Shown piece after piece: positions 13,976 to 26,179 of a stretch of DNA of 64,000 bases. Origin of the DNA: Marsupella aquatica (Eukaryota; Plantae; Marchantiophyta); the NCBI GenBank assembly GCA_973895155.1, contig OZ316892.1, positions 5,995,878 to 6,059,877 on the forward strand, in the 5' to 3' direction. The notes beneath the pieces are model-generated. The model made no database searches. It saw only the letters and a program-made list of their open reading frames with translations, and was not told the DNA's origin. A program made the translations under genes and the position numbers. Each line of letters begins with the position of its first letter. Position 1 is the stretch's first letter.

Positions 13976-14238
13976 AGAGGGGGGGAGGGAGGGAGAGACA
14001 TAGAGAGAGGAAGAGGAGCCGTGTCAAGAGGGATACCACTAGGGGACACAGTGGCACTAGAGATGTAGTCCCCAGGAGTAGAGGCAAGGGAGCTGCGGAG
14101 TTGGTGTCTGGTAGTAGTAGTTCAGACGAGGATCCACTTCGGTACGAGTTGCGGCCCCGAGGCAAACAGTCGGAGGCACCGCCACGTATTTCTGTTCACA
14201 GGTCTGGACGTGATAGGAGCCGCTCTCAGTGGCATTAG
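12038..14238 (+). CDS. Second CACTA gene (possible TnpA-like accessory protein), predicted exons 12038-13213, 13517-13633, 13726-14238; ~601 aa, intact
   Basis: Long ORF with GTAAGT donors at 13214 and 13634 and TAG/CAG acceptors, all phase 0 with no stops; basic helical region, NFWGQGGW motif and R/E-rich tail. The TnpA-like call rests on position within the element. Confidence 0.7.
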
Positions 14239-16987
14239 GGTATACCATGCATGACTAGGTGGACGTCCACTTGCATTTTGTACATTTTTGGCAAAAACTT
14301 TTGACGCCACCCATTTATAGTGGCATTCCGGACTTCATATGTCTATTTTATGTGTATTCCGAGTGTATATGAACCTAAACCTAAAGCCCACCCAACTAAG
14401 GTAGCCTAGAAGGATGTTCCATACAAGATTAATGTTTACCACAAACGGCACTCCATTCACATCTCTCCATTCTTGGTACTATTTTCAAATGTTCTCGTTA
14501 ACACCATTTTTACCAAGCCTCACACGACTTACTACTCATACGTCCTGGACAGACTCATCATTAACAAAGTCACAAACTACGTAATATTAATCTGACATTA
14601 ACGTCGTTTTAAATGATGTTATCTGCTGATTTGCCTGTTCAATCTGCGTCCAGAATAACATCTTTACTTACGACGTTAATATGTAACGTAGTATGTACTG
14701 ACGTATGTAACGACATTTTGGACGATGTAAACTGTAACCTTTGTTACTTCGTACAAAACGTGCCCTGATTCACGTCGAGTGTGTCGCCTTTCTTTAGCAG
14801 CAAGGAGACATCGGGCTTAACGCCTTCATGTAACATGTAAAAAGTCCTGATAATGTAGTTGTGATGAGAGAGCTGTGAATTTCTAAAGATCGCTCCACCA
14901 CCCAATGTCCACACTTTTTGTTTTCAAAAGTTTTTTAACGGTAGCGACATTTGGTATATCTCTCTATGACCAATGGAATATTACTTTCTTCGGTTGCTAG
15001 ATTCCCAGGTATGCAACTCCCCTTTTTATAAAGCAAGTTTTTAATTCCTTATAATGGCCTTATATCCTAGAGCTCATTTTAGTCTACTAAAGTCTTGTAC
15101 CTTTCAACTCAAGGAATCCAAAAATGTAACTTAAAAAAAAACTGAACATGTTTTGATATATACAAAGTCCATCAAAACCAAATTATATGGATTTTTTTTT
15201 AATACAGGGGTGTACAGCCAAACTAGCCAACTTTTTAGGATTTTTATTAAAAAAAATTAAATCTTTTAACAAAAACTACAACACGTATAGGAATATTTTT
15301 TAATTTCATATGGAAAAAGAAGAGAACCAAACCTTTTATATGACTTGACAAATTTGGTAATTGTGATCTAGAGCCCTCCTTTCCAAGTCTACTACTGTAG
15401 GAGGAAGTAGAGCCTTGATACAAGCTAGCGCCGCAATTGGGCCAGCAAATTTAACAAAGAACTCCATGCAATCAAATAATATGTTGGGCAATGCATAGCA
15501 AATAAAATAAGTAAATGAGGGCCAAAAAGAAGTATTGTGCAAGAATGAATCACCTTGCCACAACAATTTTCCCACACACAAAATTGGAAAAGAAAAGAAA
15601 GTTCATCTCACCTCCAAACATGCATGTAGGAAGGTGGGAGGTGGATCAAGGGCAAGGATTCATCTTCAGTGGTCCCATGAATTTGACCCAAACCCAAGAG
15701 AAAATAATAATACCACTCCCATCCTTCCAACACTATTGAAAAGATAAGAAAATCAGGAGTAATAAACCAACAAAGAAACCTAAACAAATCAAAATTCATC
15801 TATTCTCCACATCATAATTCTCCCACCCATGCTTCATATGTATACTTTCAATGTTATTAGTTAGGTACAACCATGAGATATAGGTGTCCCAATAGGTGTA
15901 TCACTTGTAATACTGGGGTAATATCATATTATTAATATATCATGGTACAACCATACACTTATCTCCTATTTTAGTAGTATCTCCCCAAAAGGTTATAGGC
16001 CCACTGTAGGGCAGCCAATAAGCTGGGAGTAAAGGGTTTTACTATTTATGGGTTTATGTTTTCTGGACAACTTCAGAGCCGGAGTGCAAAAAACGATTGC
16101 TAAATACCCATAATCTCTTGTCCAGAAACTCTTGATCAATAACTTTTTCCAGGTCAGTTATTACATACTATGAAGGAGGTCTGGGGCAGGGGTTCTAGCC
16201 TGAACTGTGCTCCCTTAATGCTTGGAAAAGCTTCCTGCATGGCTGCCACCGTCCAGCATTTACTCACTTCAAACTATTACTGGAATTGTGAAAAAGATTG
16301 GAAAATCTTGTCCAAGAATGCAATAGCCCTGTACCACATTTTTCCATTGTTTTATTGAATCAGATTGAACCATGTTTGTATTCTGATTATTTCTTCAATC
16401 TAAGTGAACAATGGGGACCACTCTCTAAGCCTAAGTATTCCTCAATCACCAATAGCACACAAGTACTGTGAGGGAAAGGTGAAAGAACCCTCATACCTGC
16501 TACTAACCCCAGCCAATATGTGCTATCCTATACATAATTCCCCCTGTCAAGAAAACAGACCCTGCTTGAGGACCAGCACACAATCCTAGCAATCACAAAA
16601 AAACCTCAACAGTGCATTTGACAGTTTTATTTTGTTGGCTCCTTTCAATTTTGTCTATTCCAATAGTTGATATATTTCTTTCTGACAGCTCAAGTGCCTA
16701 GGATATGTCCCTCGTGAGTTGGTTCAACTTTGGGAGGTGTGTCACCTGTGGCCTGTGACACATTTTATCTGTATCTTTACATCTTCCTAGATTTTAGGAC
16801 AACCATTGCAAGTAAGCTAAAGAAAACTCTTATCTACTAAACAAGTATAGGGGTAGTAAGGGAGATGACTAATTTTGTCCAGCTTCTTGCCTTTGCATAA
16901 GTAGCCACCCAAAATCTTGGTAACAAGTTGGCAAAAAATACACACTGTCTAGCTACATTGAACATTAGAACTTGACCCTAAAACCAC

Positions 16988-17070
16988 CTAGCTTTGGTCA
17001 GCTGGCCAGGGGGGTTAGCCTAGAACCCATAGCCCCAGATTCAATCCTCCACATGCAAGGGTTGTGGAGG

Positions 17071-17103
<33 letters not shown>

Positions 17104-17429
17104 GTGTAGTAGTGGGAGTCCTGGTTTCTCCTCAGCCCTTGGCTGGTCCGCTTTGGGGCTCTGGTTCAACCCTCTCCCTCCTGGTCTGGGTCATGACCCC
17201 CTTGTGGCTACCCTACCAGGTGCATGCTCTGGAGTTGATGGCCTATCCTCTGTTGGATGGGTCAGCTCTGGGTCATGACCCCCTTGTGGCTACCCTACAC
17301 CGAGGTGCATGCTCCGGAGTTGATAGACCCTCGGAGTTGATGGTCTATCCTCTGTTGGATGGGTTGATGGTCTATCCTCTCCTCTGTTGGATGGGTCAGC
17401 TTGCTTTTTGATTGCAGGGCAAAAAACAA
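16988..17429 (+). mobile_element. tRNA-derived SINE-like element, copy 1, with internal (GT)n
   Basis: A-box-like TAGCTTTGGTCAGCTGG, B-box-like GATTCAATCC and A-rich tail; flanking direct repeat AGAACTTGACC..AAAACCAC (16967-16987 and 17430-17450, 19/21); homologous to 25420-26048. Confidence 0.7.
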
Positions 17430-20400
17430 AGAACTTGACCAGAAAACCACTTTGGCTAGAAAAAACACAATGAAGGGCCTCAAATTACACAACACAGAAT
17501 CAAGAAGCTCCGTTGAGCTGGCAGGCAGAACAGAGTCTGCCCATAAAGTTGCCTTGCAGCCAACCAGGTGCCCAAATTACTCTCCAGCACGGCAATTCCT
17601 AAGCAAAAGTTGCTCACTCTAGTGACGAGCTACAGGAGTCCCTGCTCTGGAGCAATTGGGCGCTTTCAACGGCGCTCTACAAATTTCCTAAGTCGTAAAT
17701 CACACAATCTGCAGCTCGCGGAGCTGCAGGGTCGTCAAACCTTATCCAATTCCTTGCATCCTCCGTTCCTCATTGGCCTTCTCCAGTCCTCCTCCTCCAT
17801 CCATGCATCCAGCTTGCCATTGAGCCAGCCAGCCGCCCAGGAAGTTACTCGATGGCACTGCTTACAGTTCTCTTCCTTTACCTCTCTCCTCACTGCTTCT
17901 GGTGCGTCCTGATCAGGAACCTCCTTGTAGCCTTCTCGTAGCCTTCTCTCCTGATCCGCTGAGGAGATCGTGAGGGATTATCTCGAATTTCTTGCTGTGC
18001 TTCAATTGGACTGTTAGGTCCTGAAATCTGGGGATTCACTTTCTCTTCTCTCTGTGGGAGGTGTGAATCTAGACCCTGAATCAGTGCAGTGGATCAGACA
18101 TGCTAACCATTTTGTGGATCTGCTTCTTCATCCAATTTCAGGTTCATTACCTGAGGGTGTTGCGGATATTTCTGAGGTGCTCCTGACCTTGGTCGGTCAG
18201 CTTCAAGAGAGAGAGAGAGGCTCCTGACCTCGGCTACATGCAGCACCCTAGAATTTCAGGGAGTGGAGTTTGGCAATTGGGTTTTCAGGAATTGGGCCAG
18301 AGATGGGCGGCGGCGAGATGTTGACGAAGTTGAGCAGAGTTGCAGTGATGAATCCATCTCTGGGTCGGGATTGGGTTGCGATCCAACATGTAGCACAACC
18401 CAATTCAGGACGTGATCTCACATGACAGCTGCTGAGCAAAGACACGTCTCGGTAAGTACGTTCTTCGTGCTTCTCACTCAATTGGATTCTTGATTCTGAA
18501 CTGTTGATGAACTGCTGGCTGGGGACATGTTTAACCATTTGTGGTGCAAGAGTGGGAAACAAATGGTTGTCCGGTCTTGAGGAGCCAATTTCACCCTTGT
18601 TCCCCACCACACTCGATGCTTGGGCTAAGTTGATAATTTAAAGTGCAAGAAGAACAACGATTGTTAACGATGAACTGGACCTTCTCAGCCAAAGCAAATC
18701 AGTGTCAGGTCCTGTCCAGAAACAAGTTTACCAGTCTACCTTACACGCCACGCAAAACCTTGTCACTACTATGTTCGGCTTGCATGTCTTATCCGGGCCA
18801 TCATTGGATGCAAAACTATCGAAAGGGAGCTATTGGCGGTACAAGTGGGGCACAAACGTTCATCTCGTGAACCAGTTAAAGGAGAGATTTCTAAGCACAA
18901 TATCTGACCAGGTTCGCCCAGACATGTAACGTAAGAAGACTTTAGTGAGCCTGTAGTTTTTGCTCCATAAATTTGTGTGAAATCCTTTACAAGGAATGGA
19001 CGGCGAGTTGGTCTTATGTGAGAGAGGATCTTTCACCTGTCGACGACTCAATTCGGTGAGATTTGACTTTCGAGTAGGGTTTTATGTGTGAATTGAGTAA
19101 ACGATGATGATCAACGAGTCAAGCTGCTGAAGAAGGAAGCAAAGCTTGGAATTCAAATCACTTTGAAACCCACCGAGAAGATGGTCAATGACGTTTTCGT
19201 CGAGTAGTGACGGACCTGGAGATAAAGCACGATGCGCAGACCACTCAATTTGGAAGTATCTGAATCTCTGTACCGTTTCTATATGTACAGGCAGTGGGGC
19301 AGGTGAAGATAGTGTAGGAAATGGAAGTTAAGTGCGAGGGGAGGGACATATATGCCGCATGCTGCAGGGGGATAAGACTTGACTGATCATTAGAGGTATG
19401 AGAGCAACTTGAATATGGCATGGAGAGGACGCCCCGTGTTTGGAATAGTGAACCTAGTTGACTGGGTTGAAGTGGAACAAAACCGGAAAGAGAACGAAAA
19501 AACAATTCAGCTAATGAGCAGGATTAAGCTTGCCGTGTATAGAGGAAATTGACACCAATGTTGGATTGGAATTACTAGAGCTCTGTATTGAATTCAGCGT
19601 AGTCCTCTGCTCCCCAGTACGAAACGTCTGTGGTCTACAGTAGGTACTTCTCAAATTTGTGGATCTTGGGCACAGGCTTTTGTGAGCCGCATCTTAGACC
19701 AAAAGTGTAGATTTGAGATTGGGAGGGTGAACACTATACATCCAAATTGACACTTCGAAGGAAGGGTTTGTTAATTAAAAAATACAGGGATGTAAATTTT
19801 AGAACTGGAAATCGACGTGTGGCAAGGCTCAACGAGAAGATTGGAACAAATATGGAAAGGGTATCAAGAGAAAGCATAGAATACTATCTAGAGATACTGG
19901 ACAGTAACTGGCTTTGCGAACAGACTCTAAAGTTACCTCTAGACTTCAGTATCAATATCGAGAAAAAGCTGATACATCGAGAGGTTTGCAAACATATAAA
20001 GGTCGTGAATTAACTACAAAGTCCTTAACCAAATTCAAGTTGGAAAGGAAATAGTTCTCGATATATTTGTGTTTGAATCCTTCTCCGCTCTCAACTCCAC
20101 TATTCTGCTCCTTCTTTGAAATCCACTCCCTGCAGTGATTTGAAATTGCTCATGTGATTTATTGGAAGGTAGTTGGAGGCTGGAATCTAAAATTTAGCGA
20201 GACCATGGCATAGCACATGGAACCATATCTTTCCAGGAGACACAGAAAGTACAGGAGTTTTGCTCCACAGCTTGAGTAAAACCATATCGTGTTAACCTCC
20301 CAAGAGGACTGGTCAAATTTCCATCTAACCTGGCCATGTGAATTGCACATGTAGAAAGCTGAGAGTCTTTTTCACCCTAGCGGTGCAGATTGTAGTAAAT

Positions 20401-20989
20401 ACACATGCTCCCTGCTCTAGTAATCTATCTTCAGCTATCAGTTTCTAGCAGTAGAATGTTCAAGATAAGCCAATGCTTATGAACGACCGACAGCATGGCT
20501 GCCTCTATGTGAGATTGGTGCTGGATTAGTGATAGTTGTGTCTTCTTCCACCCTTTACCCTCCTACTGTCATCCAAGTTTCCTTAATGAGATATTGCTAC
20601 AATACTTTCCTCGGAATGCATTCTTTCGGACTAATCGTGCGTTCGTTATGCGGAGTCGTTGGTTGAGGAAGTTCCAACCGGTTCTGCTGTACGAGCTTGT
20701 GTAAGGAAGCCACCCTTGTCTATGATTAAGTCCCTTAAGATAAATGACAGGGAGATCGTGCGAGCGTTGCAAAATGCTGAAGCGCTTCTTCAACGCTGGA
20801 AGTGAGATAGGGAATGGATGAATGAGTGGAACTTGATTTTACAAGGTCTTAACTAGATACAGCTTTGATGTGGCTTTTAGAGTATGACCAAGTCGTGGCT
20901 CTGTTGTCCTGTAAAAAACTTTTTGCTACGAATCGACGGTGATGAGGAATTTGGTCCAGTCATTTTGATTTTAATATGCTTGGTGGCGG

Positions 20990-21883
20990 ATGGTGGCTCT
21001 TGTGATGAACGTTGACCTTGGTGTTATTTTGGGTGCTTCCCTCCAGTCCTATAACAGCATGCGGGAGCTAGTCCACGTTCTTCTGCGAGTTCTACCATGG
21101 CTCATGACCACAGTTTCTGCCAATGTGATTCACTACTTCTCATTATTGATCGCCAAAGAAGAAGCCCACAGGCAAGTACTAGAAGCTGCAACTCCCACGA
21201 CTGGCAGACGTGGGAGATGGTACCCGGGAAGTGACCCCGAGGAGCATGAGCGCCTGTCGTTTGATCTGATGAACTCTCCAGCCATGAGAAAGGCAAGGTA
21301 CCTGGTCAAGCTGGTTCGCTACGGATGCACCTTATTGTATGTCGCACTATTTTGTGACTTTTTGCCAGAGCTTAGCATTGAAACTTTCTCCCCTGGATTG
21401 GGCACGATAGAAGCACTTGTTGTGGGAGTGCTGGGTGGATTGGTGACCTTGTATTTGAATGAGAATGGGGACTTTGATATAAGGACTTGTTGGAGACCTG
21501 ACGTGGACTTTGGCTCCGAGTTCTGGGGTTGGCTATGGGATGGTATCCGGATTGCTGGGGCGTTTGCCACTCCAGTTGAGGATTCACTGATGTATCATTC
21601 CTGGATATACAGGTCACTCACTTGTTATCTTACAAGAAACTCATACAACAGTTTCATAGACGTTCCATTCTTGGATTGGAATTGGGTAGCATGCATTGCA
21701 TCAAATGGCGTGTTTGCTTTGTATAATGGGAAGGAGTGGCGGAGCTCTGGGTTGATAGGAATTCTCTCATTGTGGGTTACAAGCAGGAGAGGCCAGTTGC
21801 TTGATGGAATTCTGGCTCATGGACTCTGTAGAGTGACCATCAGTACCTGGGTTTTGTATACCGGACAACGGCAATATTGGTGA
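20990..21883 (+). CDS. CPBP/Abi (CAAX prenyl protease II)-like membrane protein with degenerate catalytic motifs; probably the last exon of a longer gene (candidate acceptor at 21047)
   Basis: Hydrophobic segments; PVEDSLMYHSWIYR (cf. EExxxR), VFALYN (cf. FxxxH), DGILAHGL (cf. HxxxN); upstream exons not resolved. Confidence 0.65.
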   Translation: MVALVMNVDLGVILGASLQSYNSMRELVHVLLRVLPWLMTTVSANVIHYFSLLIAKEEAHRQVLEAATPTTGRRGRWYPGSDPEEHERLSFDLMNSPAMRKARYLVKLVRYGCTLLYVALFCDFLPELSIETFSPGLGTIEALVVGVLGGLVTLYLNENGDFDIRTCWRPDVDFGSEFWGWLWDGIRIAGAFATPVEDSLMYHSWIYRSLTCYLTRNSYNSFIDVPFLDWNWVACIASNGVFALYNGKEWRSSGLIGILSLWVTSRRGQLLDGILAHGLCRVTISTWVLYTGQRQYW

Positions 21884-24099
21884 CAGTGCTTGTCGCGAGG
21901 CTTGCGTTATTCAGGAGGGAATACATAGAATGTTTGAGAACTCTTCAAAACTCATTTCAAACTAAACGGGAGATTTCACTGTGCCCAGGATGTGGCATTC
22001 ATTTGCTCAAGACCTAGCTCGAGATTGTTCTAAACTCCTAATATCACGACCCTGCATGCCAAGACATCTCCCGACTGCCTCAACTTTGTAATGCTTAATA
22101 GCGTGCATCCTGCCGTACTTATTGGTTTCGACCAAGAATTGGGCTGACGTATGAATGCTGGTACTTCTGTTGTTTACTTTTCTTATTGCGAGTATCTCCG
22201 TCGCATTTTTTTCCAACCATTGAACCATGAATTCGAGCACCATGGAGGGTTGGGTGTGCTGCATGTCTTCCATTATGGTCAACAACGCTGGTTACTCTGG
22301 AGTCTTGTCTTAGATGTATGAGGGGCATGGATCTTTGGTCACTGACATAAACTGTGAAACGAGAAACAATTCAAGAGCCTAACACAACATCTCTATGACT
22401 TCATCATCTTAGTTTGCTTTCTAACCACAGACATACACCTGATAAGGCATCAGTTAAGGATTCTAGCATTGCAACCTTAACGAGCCCAGTTTAAGGGCAG
22501 CTATTTTTCTCCCTGAGGATATCTTCCAACGGAGGAATGCCACGATTGGGTCAGCTCAGTAACGACTGACTGGTTGAGATTGAACAACTCACTGAATTTG
22601 TCAAACCTCTTATTAGTGCACAGTTTCAGCATCAAGAGTCTACTCCTAAAGATAAACACAAACTTCCAAAGATAAAATCTCAAATTGCAGACCAACTAGT
22701 GGAAGGACTGCTTCGACTGAGGAGCCCAATCCACGCATACAGTGTACTAGTGTAACAAATCATGAACGAGTAAGTCGGTTAATTGGGTAGGACTCACAAA
22801 GAATTACTCGAGTAGACTGAAATGCGCCTAAAAGGGATTTCCAAGAAACCATGTTAAATTACTCATGAAACAGATTAGAAAAGAGTTTCCTTTTGAGTCC
22901 TCAAAGTCAGCAAGAACTATCACTTGAACATATGCATTTAGTTTTCAAGATGTCTCCAGATAAGGTTCATACTCTCAAGTTGAAATCCCTTGAAGTGTGC
23001 CCTTGCATCAGCCTGCAATGCAAGAGAGCGCTGTAAGTCACCCAAGTAGGACAACTATCCTATCTTGCAGTAACATGGAAATATGATTAAGGAACCCTAA
23101 TGAGAAAGCGTTCCTTAGAGAGGCAACGGTGAAACCAAAATTATCTCTGGGAATGGGGAAGACCCATTGAGTTTATTTACAAGAAAAAGAACCAAGGTCA
23201 CAAAGGCCCAAACAGAATGAGGGTTTAGGGTTTACTTAAACAGCATTCTTGATCATATATTACTTGAACCCACAATGTTACTTCCTTAATTCAGTTCTCA
23301 AAAACCATCACTATTGGGTACTCGCTCACCCCAAACAAATCCCTTAGTAGATGGCCTTAATCGTTAGTTTTACAACATTGCCACCGATATCATGCACTGA
23401 CAATTATGACCCTAGTTTATTCAAAATTCATGATCTCAAATGCATTCATCTATAGTTGAGCTTCTGAGATTTTGTAAATTTTTGTTTTGCCAGTTTGAAG
23501 ACGGTCTTGAAATTAGCCCATTAGAGAAGTAATGTCAGCAGTGCCAACCTTTATTTCTGTTTAGAAATTTTCTAATCCTTTTGACACATGGGCAGTAAGA
23601 AATATATCAGGGACACACAAAGACCATAGTTCTACACAATCACTGCAAACAGAATCTCGTGACTTGTACGATATTTCCGTTCTGAATCAGCGCCCTTTGG
23701 CCGTTGCCTTTGTTCTCCATGGAATTATGGTTCTAATTAATGACACACATGAAACATGTACACTTCATCATAGACACGTAGGAAGACAGCGTACAGACTT
23801 CAGAACTTCTTGTAACTTGAAAGTTGAAACCAACTTCCTGTGATGCATCAGTAACGTTTCCCATTATTGTTCTCGAGGGAGTCGTCAGTTTTGCTTTAAT
23901 TTTTGGTGTACCTGCTTGGGATCCAGGCGAGGCTATGGCCTATGGGACAATCCCATCTCTCCCCACTCCTCCCACTCCCTAGGTCCCAGGATCTACCTGG
24001 ACTAGCCTCGGTACCTAGGATTGATTAACTGGTAACGTGAGTGCACGGACGATTATTAGAGTACTGCACTGCACTGAGCTGAAGGAGTACCGCCCTCAT

Positions 24100-24285
24100 C
24101 ACTGAAGCAACAGCAGCTATTTACTAGCAAAGCTGAATCAGAGCTCAGCTCTAACACGCGATCGAGCCGTGACAGGCAGAATGGGGCACACTGAAGCAAC
24201 AGCAGCTGCTATTCACTGGCAAAGTTGAATCAGAGCTCAGCTCTAAACACGCGATGGAGCTGGGACAGGCAGAATAGGGCACACT
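24100..24285 (+). repeat. Tandem duplication, ~90-bp unit x2
   Basis: CACTGAAGCAACAGCAGCT..TGAATCAGAGCTCAGCTCTAA..GACAGGCAGAAT occurs twice. Confidence 0.8.
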
Positions 24286-24899
24286 GCCACAGTAGCACAG
24301 GAGCATTGTGGCCGGTCCAGAATTATAGTCCAGACTCCAGAAAAGGAATATATTAATGCTACATCACCGAGAGCAGGAAGGAGCTCACCATACTTACTAC
24401 TGACGGCATCAGTGCTTGATTTGAAGCTTGCGTGAAAATCCTAAATGCTTGTAGATGCCTGCCCCCATTGCTTGCCCCCATTTGCAAGCAATTTAGGCAC
24501 GCACAGCAGAGCAGTGTACGACGGGGCGAGGATGAATTGCCCTGCAGCTCCACGCAGAGACAGGCTGCCCTTCTGTAGCTCGAGCACGAGCTCGTCCATG
24601 TATAGGTTGCAAGGACACATAGAGACAGGCTGCCCTACTGATTGGGGCTACTTCTACCCTAGTGCCATCTAGTTTGAGGAAAAGATAATCAATTATTTCA
24701 ATTTTAGACCTGGCTGGCAAATTATAGGTTGCTTGTGAAACCTTAAATGAATTTCAGGAGAAATTTAAGAACACAGAAGTTTTCATTAAGTGAAAATTTT
24801 ACTATAGCCGTACACTGGTCAAATTTTTCTAGAACTACAGTAGTGTACTCAGACACGGAGTAGTAATGTCCACCAAGGTTTCAAGGCACAGAATGCCCT

Positions 24900-25310
24900 G
24901 TTCAGTCCCCAGCCAATGTTTCTACGAATAAAGGTCCCCACATATACAAACAAAAATGTAGCTACTGTGTTCCCAGTAAGGTGAGGGCTCTAGACAAAAC
25001 AATAGTGTTAAGTGAGGGCTCTAGACAATGTTCAGCCATGATTGTTTCTTGGAATGAAGGTCTCCAAAATTACAAACAAAAAAACTAGGGGAGTGCTCCC
25101 GAGCTAAGGGAGGGCATAGACAATCCCCAGCCAATGTTTCTCTGAATGAAGGTCTCCAAATATACAAACAGAATTAGAGAAGTGTTCCCTATCTAAGCGA
25201 GAGCTCTCTAAACAATCCCCAGCACATGTTTTTTTTCTGAAAAAAGGGGTCCAAATGTACACACACAAATTTTGGGTAGTGTTCCAGAGCTAAGTGAGGG
25301 CTCTACAGTA
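24900..25310 (+). repeat. Degenerate tandem repeat, ~90-120-bp unit, ~4 copies
   Basis: CCCCAGCCAATGTTTCT..AAGGTCTCCAAA..TACAAACA..AAGTGAGGGCTCTA recurs. Confidence 0.7.
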
Positions 25311-25419
25311 GACAGACAAATTAATAAATTATTGGCTATTTGTATGTGGAACATAGGGAGAACCAAAGGGTGATCATGAATTTACCAAGTGACATGAAAG
25401 TCCCTGCAAGAACCTAGAG

Positions 25420-26048
25420 CTTTGAACCTAGAGCTTTGGTCAGTTGTCCAGGGGATGAGCCTAGAACTGAGAGGTCTCAGATTGAATCCCCCCTCCACAC
25501 ACAAGGGGTGTGAAGTGTATAATTATGTGTGTATAGGGTGTAGTGGTGAAAATATTGGTTATCTCCTCAGCTCCTGGCCCTGGGGAATCACTCATTGGAT
25601 TATTAGAATGAGGTGCGAACAAATGAATGTTATTTTTAATCTTGTCGGGCTAATAATTATAATCAAAAATTTATACTAAAAACATTTAAAAATACAATCT
25701 TGGTAAAAATATTATTTTTTTAATTTAGCAAAGGTAATTAAAAAAATTTCAAAAGGTTTATAATAAAAGCAAAAGTATTTTTTATTTATTTTTATTTTTT
25801 AATTTATTTTTTCAAATTTCAGTGATTTGTTTTCATGTGTTTTAGAGGTTTTATTCTAAGTGGATTTTACTCTAAGTGATTCCCTGGTTGCCAGCTTTGG
25901 GCCCCTGTTTTAACCTTCTCTCCCTCCCTCCTAGTCTGGGTCAGATCCTTGGGTAGGGATCCCTCCTGGCTATCATACATAGAATTGCATGATCTAGAGG
26001 GACTTTTATCCTCTGTTGGATGGGGTATTCAAGGCAGAAAACAAATTA
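25420..26048 (+). mobile_element. SINE-like element, copy 2, interrupted by an AT-rich insert (~25585-25880)
   Basis: Perfect 16-bp direct repeat CTGCAAGAACCTAGAG at 25404-25419 and 26049-26064; 5' part CTTTGGTCAG..AGCCTAGAAC..AGATT.AATCC and 3' part ATCCTCTGTTGGATGGG match copy 1. Confidence 0.7.
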
Positions 26049-26179
26049 CTGCAAGAACCTAGAGTGACAAGGGAAGTGGCCAAGTGAAACTAAATGTCCA
26101 TAATCTGTATGGCCTAGCGGGGCCCGGTTTGACCTTGCCCGTCAAACTGGGCGTTTGAGAGCGGCAAATTGACAACCCG

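Larger units (their letters stand above)
4349..14863. mobile_element. CACTA/EnSpm-superfamily DNA transposon, 10,515 bp, CACAA-type termini
   Basis: Left end CACAACTAGATT (4349-4360) and right end AATGTAGTTGTG (14852-14863) are an 11/12 inverted match; 3-bp TSD ATG at 4346-4348 and 14864-14866; internal Tnp2-type transposase. Confidence 0.92.

Noticed and set aside
17900-20900. Upstream exons of the CAAX-protease-like gene
   Set aside because: Several splice-like sites, but no consistent in-frame model could be built by eye
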